Numbered from the stretch's first letter, positions 51,933 through 62,635 are shown. The stretch is DNA of 64,000 nt from Candidatus Zhuqueibacterota bacterium (GCA_016931935.1 JAFGDW010000160.1:2918-66917); one strand, 5' to 3'. A program made the numbers and translations. The notes: generated from the sequence alone by a model not told the origin.

Positions 51933-52310
51933 ATGAACGTAAGAAAAGATCTTTTATACACCGAAGAACATGAATGGGTAGCTGTTGAAAATGGTATTGC
52001 TACAGTGGGAATCACCGATTATGCCCAGGGTGAGCTTGGTGACATCGTCTTCATCGAACTCCCTGACGTTGATGATGAAACAACACAGATGGATCCATTT
52101 GGGACCATTGAAGCTGTGAAAGCCGTTTCTGATCTATTCGCACCGCTTTCCGGTAAAATTGTTGAAGTTAATTTACGACTGGCAGATACTCCTGAGCTAA
52201 TCAATCAAAATCCCTACGGCGAAGGGTGGATGGTAAAAATTAAATTATCCGATATATCAGAACTCGATTCATTGCTCTCGCCTGAAGAATATACTGACAA
52301 AATCAGTTAA
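51933..52310 (+). CDS. gcvH: Glycine cleavage system H protein
   Basis: YTEEHEW, GITDYAQGELGDIVFIELP, IEAVKAVSD (lipoyl Lys), PYGEGW. Confidence 0.95.
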   Translation: MNVRKDLLYTEEHEWVAVENGIATVGITDYAQGELGDIVFIELPDVDDETTQMDPFGTIEAVKAVSDLFAPLSGKIVEVNLRLADTPELINQNPYGEGWMVKIKLSDISELDSLLSPEEYTDKIS

Positions 52311-52322
52311 TCAGGAGGGTGT

Positions 52323-53672
52323 ATGCCATTTATTCCCAATACGGACGATGATCGCCGGGAAATGTTGAAAACTATTGGCGTTAAGCGATTTGATGACCTG
52401 ATAGCAAATATCCCGGATAAATTACGATTCAAAGGGCAACTTAAATTGCCCCAACCAATGTCAGAATTGGAAATTACACACTGGCTGCAAACGAGTGCGC
52501 GACATACCGTCGGGTGCGATGCAGCCATTAGTTTTTTAGGTGCGGGCGCATACGATCATTTTATCCCGGCTGCAATAGATCATATTGTCTCCCGTTCCGA
52601 ATTTTATACAGCCTATACGCCATATCAACCGGAAGTGAGTCAGGGAACACTGCAGATTATTTATGAATATCAAAGCCTGATTGCCGAGCTGACCGCAATG
52701 GATGTCGCCAATGCTTCCATGTATGACGGTAGCTCCGCGCTGGCCGAAGCGTGTCTTATGGCGCTTTCATCGACACGACGCAACAAAATTATTCTTCCGA
52801 AATCGCTACATCCAAATTATCGACGCGTTATTCATACTTATGTGCAAGGGATGGATGTTCGGATCGAATTAATGGACACGCCCGATGGAATCATTGATGC
52901 TGATGTCCTGAGTAATCATATCGATGGTGATACGGCCGCAGTTGTCGTTCAGCATCCGAATTTCTTTGGCTGTCTGGAAAATGTGACTGAGTTAGAATCA
53001 CTAATTCATAAACAAGGCGCGTTGTTCATCACATCGAACGATCCGATTTCCCTGGCTTTGTTGGAACCACCGGGAGCGTATGGCGCTGATATTGTCACCG
53101 CCGAAGGGCAAGTATTGGGTAACGCCCTAAATTTTGGCGGACCGTACCTCGGCGTTTTAGCAACACGTGAAAAATTTATTCGGACCATGCCCGGTCGGCT
53201 TGCAGGCATGACGACAGATGCTAAAGGTCGCGATGGATTTGTGTTGACATTTCAAACTCGAGAACAACATATTCGCCGTGAAAAAGCAACTTCCAATATC
53301 TGTACAAACCAGGCGCTTAATGCACTGGCCGCTACCGTCTATCTTGCTTTACTTGGGAAGCAGGGCATGATTGATGTCGCCAATCTGTGCTTGCAAAATA
53401 GTCATTACCTTGCTGACCAACTTGTAAAGTTAACCGGATTCAAAATGACTTTTCCGCATCCGTTTTTCAAGGAATTTGCTATTACAGTGCCCGAAGAGGC
53501 CGAGAGATTATTGCAGCAATTGGCAAATGAAAATATAATGGGCGGTGTTCATTTGCAGCAATTTGATGCGAATTTGCCAAACACTCTATTGATTGCTGTT
53601 ACCGAAAAGCGGACAAAGGATGAGTTGAACAGATATGTTGAAATTGCCAAAACTTTCAAGTCGATAATATGA
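52323..53672 (+). CDS. gcvPA: Glycine dehydrogenase subunit 1
   Basis: FLGAGAYDH, EFYTAYTPYQPEVSQGTLQ, ANASMYDG, QTREQHIRREKATSNICTNQ. Confidence 0.95.
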   Translation: MPFIPNTDDDRREMLKTIGVKRFDDLIANIPDKLRFKGQLKLPQPMSELEITHWLQTSARHTVGCDAAISFLGAGAYDHFIPAAIDHIVSRSEFYTAYTPYQPEVSQGTLQIIYEYQSLIAELTAMDVANASMYDGSSALAEACLMALSSTRRNKIILPKSLHPNYRRVIHTYVQGMDVRIELMDTPDGIIDADVLSNHIDGDTAAVVVQHPNFFGCLENVTELESLIHKQGALFITSNDPISLALLEPPGAYGADIVTAEGQVLGNALNFGGPYLGVLATREKFIRTMPGRLAGMTTDAKGRDGFVLTFQTREQHIRREKATSNICTNQALNALAATVYLALLGKQGMIDVANLCLQNSHYLADQLVKLTGFKMTFPHPFFKEFAITVPEEAERLLQQLANENIMGGVHLQQFDANLPNTLLIAVTEKRTKDELNRYVEIAKTFKSII

Positions 53673-53687
53673 TATTCCACGGTTTTA

Positions 53688-53717
53688 CAAACCAGGTTTC
53701 TCGTAGAAACCTGGTTT
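53688..53717. repeat. Palindrome (REP-like/terminator), shared with 63455
   Basis: AAACCAGGTTTCT-cgt-AGAAACCTGGTTT. Confidence 0.65.
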
Positions 53718-53953
53718 ATACTTCGGAAAAATTTCCGGAAGCCATACCTGCATAAGTTTAGCGATGATTCTTTTCTATAATCGTTTTATAAAAATTGTAC
53801 CTTACGCTTTAGCATATATTTGCTAAAGTAAGGTAATCAACAAATTTCGGACCTTTTCCATGTTTGTTTTTCTGCATTAATTCCACATTGTTTGACACCT
53901 CTCGAAAATTCATACATGATTTTAAGAATACGATCACGAATTAAAAATATTTT

Positions 53954-54070
53954 GTATCCTTTCAATATTGGTTGGTTATGTTGATCCGCTTCGGCAAACT
54001 CAGTCATCGGTATATTCCGTACACTGAGCTTGTCGAAGGGTACGCTCTCCATCATTTATTGAACGGATAC
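53954..54070. mobile_element. MITE family A, copy 4
   Basis: GTATCCTTTCAATA...TATTGAACGGATAC; arms nearly identical to copy 1 but centre is CTTCGGCAAACTCAG..CTGAGCTTGTCGAAG; TSD not recognisable. Confidence 0.8.
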
Positions 54071-54294
54071 CAAATTTACATTACAGATTCAAAGAACACA
54101 GGTGCTATCACCCAATTTTCTGTCCGGACATTTTTTTAGGAACTTTTAATACATGCAAGAGTTTTATAAGTAACTTTCAGGGATTAGCGATAATTTCTCA
54201 TTAATTCGTGCCGATATTAGAATTGGATGAAGTGGATAAAGCTGTTTATTATTCTACTTTTACGAGGTTTGGTAACTTTTGGAGGATGTATAAT

Positions 54295-55356
54295 ATGAAA
54301 CAAGTTGTAGCTATTTTGGTCATGCTTGTAATGATGACCGGTATAGCCTCGCAAGGACAGGCCGTTAGTGAAGCCGCACTACTATTTCTTATGATCTCGC
54401 CAGGCGCCAGGGCTTCAGGAATGGGGGAGGCCTTTGTAGCAACTGCTGATGATGCTACAGCGGTCTTTTGGAATCCCGCCGGTTTGGCTTATCAATATGG
54501 CCGCGAAATAACCATTATGCATGCCAATTGGCTGCCCCAATTTGCCTCGGATATGTTCTACGATTTTTTGGCGTATCGGCAGGATATTGAGGGCGTTGGT
54601 ACAATCGGGCTGAACATTACCTATCTGAATATGGGTGAGCAAACCATCACGGATGAATCCGGGCCGGAAGCATTGGGAACCTTTTCCAGTTATGATTTGG
54701 CATTTGCCGGAAGCTATGGAACGACAATTACTAATAATTTAGCGCTTGGTGTTACATTACGTTACATCCGCAGTAACCTTGCCGAAATTGGTGCAGGTGC
54801 TGAACGAGGCAGTGGTCAGGCAAACGCCTTTTCTTTTGATGTGGGCTTAATATATAAATTCCCTGTTCTGGATAATCGTTTGAGCTGGGGTTTGAATGTA
54901 TCCAATATGGGTCCCAAAATTGCCTATATTGACGTGGCCCAGGCTGATCCGTTACCTACCAATTTTAAAATGGGATTTGCATACAAACTTGTCAATCAGG
55001 AATTCAACCGTTTGACTATCGCGGCTGATATGAACAAAATGCTTGTTACTCCTGCAAAAGAAGAAGGTGAAAAGGCCGATCCGTTTTACAAAGCTCTCAT
55101 AACGTCATGGATTGATGAACCGTTCAAAGATGAAGTCGACAAAATGATTTTCAGTGGCGGTCTCGAATACTGGTATGGAGATCTGATTGCGCTTCGCGCG
55201 GGCTACTACCATGATAAAGATGGAAAAGTTACATATGCCACATTCGGTGCTGGTTTACGATATTCGCTATACGGTTTTGATTTTGGCTATGTCTCTGCTG
55301 CTGAGGGCCACCCACTTTCCGACACGATGCGATTTTCATTAACCATTGGATTTTAA
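54295..55356 (+). CDS. porV: T9SS outer-membrane shuttle PorV family protein
   Basis: FLMISPGARASGMGEAFVATADDATAVFWNPAGLA, ADPLPTNFKMG, LRAGYY, HPLSDTMRFSLTIGF; ATG 54295 after GGAGG. Confidence 0.88.
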   Translation: MKQVVAILVMLVMMTGIASQGQAVSEAALLFLMISPGARASGMGEAFVATADDATAVFWNPAGLAYQYGREITIMHANWLPQFASDMFYDFLAYRQDIEGVGTIGLNITYLNMGEQTITDESGPEALGTFSSYDLAFAGSYGTTITNNLALGVTLRYIRSNLAEIGAGAERGSGQANAFSFDVGLIYKFPVLDNRLSWGLNVSNMGPKIAYIDVAQADPLPTNFKMGFAYKLVNQEFNRLTIAADMNKMLVTPAKEEGEKADPFYKALITSWIDEPFKDEVDKMIFSGGLEYWYGDLIALRAGYYHDKDGKVTYATFGAGLRYSLYGFDFGYVSAAEGHPLSDTMRFSLTIGF

Positions 55357-55391
55357 GTTCATCACTGAATAATTCAAATTGAAATATAATT

Positions 55392-55423
55392 AAGGACAAA
55401 GGTGCGCATCCTTTGTCCTTTTT
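55392..55423 (+). terminator. Intrinsic terminator after porV
   Basis: AAGGACAAAGG-tgcgcat-CCTTTGTCCTTTTT. Confidence 0.7.
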
Positions 55424-55456
55424 AACATCATTTATTGAACACGTAACATCCGAGTT

Positions 55457-58400
55457 ATGATGCCGAAAAAACCACTGCTCTACTTATTGGTTATCGTGTT
55501 AACAGGAATGTTTTTCCATCCTGCGATCGCCAGACAAAATAATATAAAGTTTCGCTGGCGCAATAGCCACTTTTCAGATCGAAAGCTAATCCATTCTGCC
55601 AATTACGATTTTCAGAATCAGGACGGACTTTCCAAATTGAGTGCCAATCAACAAATAGATACACTTAAAGTGCTTGCTATCCGAGTGCAGTTCCAGAAGG
55701 ATTCGAATATCGGCACAACCGGCGATGGTACGTTCGATCTTTCTGCAACGAGTAACTACTCGATCAATCTTCCGCCGCATGACAAAGTTTATTTTGAGCA
55801 TCAATTGCAGGCGTTATCCAATTACTATAAATCCGTATCCCGCGGAAAGCTCGTCATTCAGGGGGATGTCTATCCGGCAGATAGCGATGGTGCTTATCAA
55901 TTACCTCAGAAGATGGAATATTATAGTCCCAATACAACGGACGAAGAACTCGATCGCCGACTGGCGGAACTGTTTCGCGATGCATGGCAATTAGCCGATC
56001 AGCAGGATAATATTCCCTTCGAAAATTATGATAGTTTTATCATATTTCATGCTGGTGTGGGAGCGGACATTTCATTCGATCTGGAAATAACCCCCAATAA
56101 CATTCCATCCGTCTTTTTAAGTTTCAGCGACCTGAAAAATGCGCTAGGCGCCAACGATCCAAACTATGCCGGTATTTCGGTTACAAGCTACTCAATCCGT
56201 GATGGCTTAATTTTGCCGGAAACACAAAACCAGCAAGGTTACGATATTGGTTTATTGGGGACAATGACGTTACAGTTCGGTCATCAAATCGGTTTGCCGA
56301 ATTTGTATGATACCGAAACCGGGCACACCGGTATTGGTGTTTTTGGTATGATGGACCAGGGATCAGGAAATTTTTCAGGAATAATGCCAGCGCAGCCGTG
56401 TGCCTGGAGCAAAGTGTTTCTAGGATGGGAAGAACCGATTGAGGTAAATGAAGGTGCTAATCTGGATGTTGCTTCGTCGCTGGCGGAAAATTCTAGCAAA
56501 ATTTATAAAATTCCTATCAACGCACATGAGTATTATCTGATTGAAAATCGTCAGCGTCATATTAAGCGGTCAGAGAATATAACTATTGGTTACGATCATA
56601 ATGGCGCTCGACTCAATTTTGCTGAAGACGGTAAAATTAATATTCCGGATAATGTCGACAAAATGGGTGTTATCGTTGATATTGAAGAGTACGATTTTGG
56701 CCTTCCCGGTTCAGGAATCTTAATTTGGCATATTGATGAAAACGTCATTGCCGAAAATTATGCAAGTAATCGCGTCAATGTCGATATGAACCACCGTGGT
56801 GTTGATTTGGTGGAAGCGGATGGCGCGCAGGACATCGGACATTTTTACAATTTTTTTGGAATTACCGGATATGAATCCGGTTCAGAGTGGGATATGTGGT
56901 GGGATGAAAACGACGCATTCATTTATGCCAATGATTCTACCCGGTTTGGACCAAACAAGAGTTTGGTTGGCTTTACACCCTCATCAATTCCCAATTCAAA
57001 TACTCTTTCAGGTGCCCGCAGCAATGTTTCGATCACGGATTTCAGTGAGATAAAACCGATTATGGCGTTCACATTGACCCGCGCGGCTTATCAGAATGGA
57101 TTTCCTCAACCAACGGGAACCGCTGCTCGGGCGCTTGCTCCAATCGTCGGTGATATTGATGGCGTAAGTGGTATGGAAATCGTTGTCCCGATGGCGAACG
57201 GAACGGTGCTCGCGTGGCGTGCTGATGGTTCAAAAGTAATCGTCAATAACGATTCTATCGCTATTCCCAATGTGAAAGGTGGAGAACAATTATTCCCATT
57301 GGCCATATTTGCAAATGGTGCTGAAAGCTCGGTTGAAGGGCCAGCGCTGGCCGATTTAGATGGCGATGGTGCGGCAGAACTGACTGTCGCCGGAAGTAGC
57401 ATCCGGGCATATTCCGGAAGTGACCAGAACAATGATGAACGGGCTGATCTGCTATTTTCATATGATACGGGTATGAATGTTACAACCGCACCGATCGTCA
57501 TGCAATCCTTGATTGTGGTTGGTACAGCCTCGGGTGAAATTGTCGCAATAGATTACACAGGGAACCGGATATGGCAAACCGATCTCGGTAATGCCGATAT
57601 TATCGGGGTGGCGCGAATTGGGAATAACGATCTAGTGACTATAACTACCGATGGTGAGATTGTAAGGCTGGATGCACAGGGAAATTCTTCCTGGACACAA
57701 CATATAATGACCGATGCAAATATAAATCCACCCGTAGTTGCCGACCTGGATGGCGACGATGAGCAGGAGATTGTCATTAGCGATCAGGCTGGCGTGATAT
57801 CCATTTTTTCTGCTGACGGTACGACTGAAGTAAGTGCGGCTCAAACCGAAATTAGCGGAGATAGTATTGGGCGACCTGCGCTTGGTGACATCGATCAGAA
57901 TGGCACGATTGAAATCGTATTTACCGGAAACGGACGCTTGTGGGCATTTAATTATCAGGCAATGCCGGTACATCATTTCCCGATTGAGTTTGACCGTTTT
58001 CATCCGGAGCTTCTAAAAAATGAGCCGTTGTTGGCTAATATTGATACGGATGACGAGCTGGAAATTATGGTCGCTTACGGAACGAACGTCTATGGATTTG
58101 ATATTGATGGCAAACCACTCGATGGTTTTCCGCTTTCACTTGGCGGCAACGCCAATACAACGCCAGTATTATCCGATATGGATGATGATGGGAAGCTAAA
58201 TATTTCCGTTACGGCTGATGATGGCTATATGTATTCATGGGATGTTGCGTACACATTTTCAACTGACAAGATGGCCTGGCAACGAAGTCATGGTGACTGG
58301 CTCAATAGCGCTATGATTGCCATTACAGGAAACGAGCCAATGCCGCAGGCATCATCAGAACTTATGCCTGAGAAAACGGTGTATAATTGGCCAAATCCAA

Positions 58401-58642
58401 ATGAAGACAACTACACGTTTGTCCATTATTGGCTGAACACGTCTGCGTCGGTAAAAATTCGAATTTATGATATGGCTGGAGATTTGATGGATGAATTGAC
58501 CGGAACATCGTTTGCCCAGGCAGATAATTCCGTACGCGTTGATTTATCGGATTTACAGTCGGGCGTTTATATTGTCCGCGTTGAAGCCACAAATGCAAAT
58601 GATACGAATGTTGCGTTTTTTAAGATGGCTGTTGTTAAGTGA
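55457..58642 (+). CDS. T9SS cargo with M6 (immune inhibitor A)-like protease domain (degenerate zinc motif), FG-GAP/PQQ-like propeller and C-terminal sorting domain
   Basis: NYYKSVSRGK, IFHAGVG, LQFGHQIGLPNLYD, G.FGMMDQG, CAWSKVFLGW, EYYLIENRQ, GILIWHIDE; ADLDGDG repeats; YNWPNP..IYDMAGD..SGVY..KMAVVK. Confidence 0.8.
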   Translation: MMPKKPLLYLLVIVLTGMFFHPAIARQNNIKFRWRNSHFSDRKLIHSANYDFQNQDGLSKLSANQQIDTLKVLAIRVQFQKDSNIGTTGDGTFDLSATSNYSINLPPHDKVYFEHQLQALSNYYKSVSRGKLVIQGDVYPADSDGAYQLPQKMEYYSPNTTDEELDRRLAELFRDAWQLADQQDNIPFENYDSFIIFHAGVGADISFDLEITPNNIPSVFLSFSDLKNALGANDPNYAGISVTSYSIRDGLILPETQNQQGYDIGLLGTMTLQFGHQIGLPNLYDTETGHTGIGVFGMMDQGSGNFSGIMPAQPCAWSKVFLGWEEPIEVNEGANLDVASSLAENSSKIYKIPINAHEYYLIENRQRHIKRSENITIGYDHNGARLNFAEDGKINIPDNVDKMGVIVDIEEYDFGLPGSGILIWHIDENVIAENYASNRVNVDMNHRGVDLVEADGAQDIGHFYNFFGITGYESGSEWDMWWDENDAFIYANDSTRFGPNKSLVGFTPSSIPNSNTLSGARSNVSITDFSEIKPIMAFTLTRAAYQNGFPQPTGTAARALAPIVGDIDGVSGMEIVVPMANGTVLAWRADGSKVIVNNDSIAIPNVKGGEQLFPLAIFANGAESSVEGPALADLDGDGAAELTVAGSSIRAYSGSDQNNDERADLLFSYDTGMNVTTAPIVMQSLIVVGTASGEIVAIDYTGNRIWQTDLGNADIIGVARIGNNDLVTITTDGEIVRLDAQGNSSWTQHIMTDANINPPVVADLDGDDEQEIVISDQAGVISIFSADGTTEVSAAQTEISGDSIGRPALGDIDQNGTIEIVFTGNGRLWAFNYQAMPVHHFPIEFDRFHPELLKNEPLLANIDTDDELEIMVAYGTNVYGFDIDGKPLDGFPLSLGGNANTTPVLSDMDDDGKLNISVTADDGYMYSWDVAYTFSTDKMAWQRSHGDWLNSAMIAITGNEPMPQASSELMPEKTVYNWPNPNEDNYTFVHYWLNTSASVKIRIYDMAGDLMDELTGTSFAQADNSVRVDLSDLQSGVYIVRVEATNANDTNVAFFKMAVVK

Positions 58643-58665
58643 AACCTGAATTTGAAGTGACGATT

Positions 58666-61600
58666 ATGAAGATGACCCCAATTTTTAAGCGATGTTTTCT
58701 ACGAATTACTGGTGTAACAATGTTGTTGCTGATGATCAGTTCGCGATCGTGGGGACAGAATTTTCCGATTTATACCCATCCGGAACTGGATTGGTTCACT
58801 ATTAGCACAAAACATTTTGAAATTCACTACCATGAAGGCGCTGAGCGAACCGCACAAGTTGCTGCCAAAATCGGCGAAGAAATATATTACCCGGTCACAT
58901 CGCTGTATTTATATGAACCCGATACAAAAATTCATATTATTATCCGCGACCACGATGATTATTCCAATGGCGGCGCTTTTTATTACGATAATAAAATTGA
59001 AATCTGGGCGAATCCCATGGATTTCATCCTGCGCGGCACGCATAACTGGATGCGCAACGTGATGACCCACGAATTCTCCCATATGATTTCGTTAGGCGCA
59101 GCCCGGAAAATGACGCGATTGGTTCCGGCGTTTTATTTTCAATATATGGATTATGAACCGGAGAAAAATCCATACGTATTGCGCGGATTTCCCAACCGTA
59201 TCGCTTCTTACCCGCTTGCTATGACAGTCGTACCGATGTGGTTTGCTGAAGGCGTTGCCCAGTTTCAATTGCCCGGTTTGGATTATGATGTCTGGGATAC
59301 GCATCGGGATATGATTTTACGTGATGCTGTGATTGAGCACAATGTGCTGGATTATAATGAAATGAGTGTGTTCGGTGATAATAGCATCCGCAATGAAAAA
59401 GTATATAATCATGGTTATTCCATGACAAAATACATTGCCGATACCTACGGGGTAGAATCGTTACGGAAAATAATGCATGCCATGCAAGCCCCCTGGCGGT
59501 TCAGTATTGATGGCGCGCTAAAGAGTGTACTCAATGTGAGTGAAAAACAGCTACATGAGGATTGGCAAAACTACATTGAGAAGATGTATGCAGATCGATT
59601 ATCAGTCATTCAGAAACACGTGGTAACAGGCGTCATAGATCAAAACAAAGGGAAAGCAAACCTGTTTCCAATCTGGAATCCAACGGGATCAGGATATGCT
59701 TTTTTATCGAATCGTGGGGAAGATTATCTCTCGCGGACAACACTGTATCTGGCGATCCCCGGTATTCAGGAGCCGAAAAAAATTAAAGTGGGAGTCAACT
59801 CATCAATTTGCTGGTCACCAGATGGAAAAAAAATTGCTTATGCCCGACATTCAGCACCGGATAAGCATTTCTCACATTATCAGGATGTCTATATTTACGA
59901 TTTGGTTAAGAAGCAGGAAACGCCGCTCACAAAAAATCTTCGTGCTCAAAGTCCTGATTGGTCACCCACTGGTGAGGACATGTTGTTTGTGGTAACAAAG
60001 GATGGCACTCAGAACATTGCCACTGTCAACCTGAAAACACAAAAAGTAATGCATTTAACCAAATTTAAAAACGGTGAACAGATTTTTTCACCGCGTTATT
60101 CGCCAAATGGCCAGGTCATCGTATTTTCAGTATCCCGCAAGGATGATCGTGACCTTGGGCTGATAAGCGCCGATGGCAAAAAACTTAAATTTATTCTGAC
60201 TGACGAGTACGATGCACGAGATCCTGTGTTCAGTGCTGACGGAAAATCAATTTACTTCAGTTACGATAAAACCGGCATCTTTAATATTTATCGAATGACA
60301 ATTGACGGATCAAAAGTTGAACTTCTGACCAATGTAGTTGGAGGCGCATTTATGCCGGCGGTAAATAAAGACGGCAAGCTATTATTCACGTGTTACCAGC
60401 ATGAAGGTTTTGCCATCGCACAATTAGATAATCCGGTGCCTATCGATCCGGCGAATGCGGAATATGTACCGTATCAAAAGAATTTTCACGTGGCTTCGGT
60501 TGATGCCGATGCAATTGTGGCAATCGAAGATGGGAACGGACATAATGCACAGAGCAATTATGATGATATGCAATTGCCGGAAGTGAAGCCCACTCCCTAT
60601 AAATATCAATACTCGAAAATGCAATTTTTCCCACGAGTCATGCGTGACTACGGAACGACTAAAGTTGGGACCTATTTCACATCCAGCGAGCTATTGAACA
60701 ATTATGACATCATCGGTGGTGTGGCAGCGAATTCTGACTATGATCTTGATCTATTTGGAATAGTCAATTATCGACGTTGGAAACAGCCACTCTTTTTGGA
60801 AATATATTCCCAAATTCTGCATCATGGTGAAAACGGATTGTTGGAATTTGAAGTTAGCCCTGGCGATACATTCCGCCAGGCGGATACTCCGTTTAATTAT
60901 AAGTATAATTTACTCGAAGCTGATATGGGGATTGAAGGCAGCTTTTTAAATGATTTTAACCATCTACGTCTGGCATTTATTTTCAGTAGATACAATGCAA
61001 CTGTAAAATACCCGCTACAGCAGTATGAGCAGAAATATTCCTACACCTACCTGATTGGTCGGGCCTTGCAGTTGAAATGGAAAATTACTAATTTCAATGA
61101 TGATATATGGGCGGATTCGGAAATTAATCCACGTAATCAGCGTAAAATAACAATTACAGCCAATCAGGAATATAATGCGTTTATCGATAGTTTTAAAGTC
61201 AGCAGTTACGGCACACTGGTTGAAGAGTACAAAAACTATAATTTTACAAAAGTTGAACTAAATTGGCGTGAATATATCGGGCTGATGTATAAAACCACGC
61301 TCGATTTGGAATTACAGGCCGGTGCGATTGTTCAACCTGTGCATGAATTCTTCAACTTTTTTGCTGGTGGTATGCTGGGAAACCGTGGATACCCGTATTA
61401 CAGCATCGAAGGGCGCAAATTGCTTCAGGGACGGGCGACATATCGGGTTCCGGTCTGGGATATTAATCACAAATTGCTATTTTGGTACATGGACGACTTA
61501 TATGCCGGCCTATTCTATGATTATGGCGATGCATTTAATGAAGATAAAATTGATTTAAACAACTTTAAAGGAAGCTATGGATTCGAATTCCGCTTATCGG

Positions 61601-61746
61601 TGACATCATTCTATGGATTTCCAACACGTATCTTTTTCAATGCTGCTCACGGGCGTCACAAATTCATCAAGCAAGAGGAAGACACGAAGCTGTTGTATGG
61701 TGATGAATGGCGATACTATGTGGGAGTAACATTTGGTTATTTCTAA
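58666..61746 (+). CDS. Peptidase MA-like (HExxH) domain + TolB/PD40 propeller + C-terminal BamA-like beta-barrel
   Basis: TKHFEIHYHEG, THEFSH, PMWFAEGVAQ; PD40 repeats (P.WSPDG, PVFSADG); barrel strands ending YYVGVTFGYF. Confidence 0.8.
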   Translation: MKMTPIFKRCFLRITGVTMLLLMISSRSWGQNFPIYTHPELDWFTISTKHFEIHYHEGAERTAQVAAKIGEEIYYPVTSLYLYEPDTKIHIIIRDHDDYSNGGAFYYDNKIEIWANPMDFILRGTHNWMRNVMTHEFSHMISLGAARKMTRLVPAFYFQYMDYEPEKNPYVLRGFPNRIASYPLAMTVVPMWFAEGVAQFQLPGLDYDVWDTHRDMILRDAVIEHNVLDYNEMSVFGDNSIRNEKVYNHGYSMTKYIADTYGVESLRKIMHAMQAPWRFSIDGALKSVLNVSEKQLHEDWQNYIEKMYADRLSVIQKHVVTGVIDQNKGKANLFPIWNPTGSGYAFLSNRGEDYLSRTTLYLAIPGIQEPKKIKVGVNSSICWSPDGKKIAYARHSAPDKHFSHYQDVYIYDLVKKQETPLTKNLRAQSPDWSPTGEDMLFVVTKDGTQNIATVNLKTQKVMHLTKFKNGEQIFSPRYSPNGQVIVFSVSRKDDRDLGLISADGKKLKFILTDEYDARDPVFSADGKSIYFSYDKTGIFNIYRMTIDGSKVELLTNVVGGAFMPAVNKDGKLLFTCYQHEGFAIAQLDNPVPIDPANAEYVPYQKNFHVASVDADAIVAIEDGNGHNAQSNYDDMQLPEVKPTPYKYQYSKMQFFPRVMRDYGTTKVGTYFTSSELLNNYDIIGGVAANSDYDLDLFGIVNYRRWKQPLFLEIYSQILHHGENGLLEFEVSPGDTFRQADTPFNYKYNLLEADMGIEGSFLNDFNHLRLAFIFSRYNATVKYPLQQYEQKYSYTYLIGRALQLKWKITNFNDDIWADSEINPRNQRKITITANQEYNAFIDSFKVSSYGTLVEEYKNYNFTKVELNWREYIGLMYKTTLDLELQAGAIVQPVHEFFNFFAGGMLGNRGYPYYSIEGRKLLQGRATYRVPVWDINHKLLFWYMDDLYAGLFYDYGDAFNEDKIDLNNFKGSYGFEFRLSVTSFYGFPTRIFFNAAHGRHKFIKQEEDTKLLYGDEWRYYVGVTFGYF

Positions 61747-61779
61747 AAATTGATATAAACATTTCCAAAGGGGAAACGA

Positions 61780-62631
61780 ATGAGACGTATGATTTTTATC
61801 GTATCCGGAATCTTGCTGCTGAGCAAACAAGTCACGAACGCAAAAACAAATCCGGATGCAACAGAGCCGTATCTTGCAGTCGCTCCTATGGCCGCCGCGA
61901 AGGCCGAAATGACAATGGCTATGCAACAGCCGCAAACACGAAAAATGGGGCCAGATTCAAGCTACTTAAAACTTCAACAGCATCCCGATTACATTTTACC
62001 GAAAAAAGCACTGTTCTTTTCAGTATTGCTTCCGGGTGCAGGCGAATTATACTGTAAGGAGTACTTGCGAAGTTTGGTGTTTATAGGCGTGGAAGCGAGC
62101 GCCTGGGCGGTTTACTACTCTTATAACCAAAAAGGCAAAGATAAGGAAAATGAGTTCGAAACATTTGCCGACGACAATTGGGATTATGATCGGTATCATA
62201 CATGGGAACTGGAATGGGATCCGGATCCTGAAAATAAAAAATTCTCCCATTCGATTCCGTTAGATAATAATGGCAGGCCGGTAAAAACACAGCAATATTA
62301 TGAGATGATTGGTAAATACGACCAATTTCTCGTCGGTTGGGAAGGCGTACCGGAAGATTTATCCGCAAATAAGGAAGATGCGAACAGCGTTTATGATTAC
62401 ATTCACCAGCCACGTGAACATTACATGGATATGCGTTATGACGCCAACCAATTGTTAAAGAATGCCACCAAAGGTGTGTATCTTGCCATGTTCAACCGCA
62501 TTGCAAGTGCTATCGATGCTGCCTGGGTTGCGAAACGCCATAATCGAACCATCGTAACATCGTTACGGATGGAAAATAAATTCTATGATATGCAGCCTGA
62601 AACTGTATTAACTTTAAACGTTGCCTGGTAA
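61780..62631 (+). CDS. DUF5683-like membrane/exported protein
   Basis: KALFFSVLLPGAGELY..EASAW..QQYYEMIGKY..NRIASAIDA; terminal beta-strand LNVAW. Confidence 0.65.
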   Translation: MRRMIFIVSGILLLSKQVTNAKTNPDATEPYLAVAPMAAAKAEMTMAMQQPQTRKMGPDSSYLKLQQHPDYILPKKALFFSVLLPGAGELYCKEYLRSLVFIGVEASAWAVYYSYNQKGKDKENEFETFADDNWDYDRYHTWELEWDPDPENKKFSHSIPLDNNGRPVKTQQYYEMIGKYDQFLVGWEGVPEDLSANKEDANSVYDYIHQPREHYMDMRYDANQLLKNATKGVYLAMFNRIASAIDAAWVAKRHNRTIVTSLRMENKFYDMQPETVLTLNVAW

Positions 62632-62635
62632 TCAC

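Noticed and set aside
53837-54055. 72-aa minus-strand ORF
   Set aside because: Derived from MITE copy 4; no supporting RBS or motif.
55424-55442. Fifth MITE A copy (CATCATTTATTGAAC)
   Set aside because: Only a 15-nt match to the right arm, with no left TIR or TSD.
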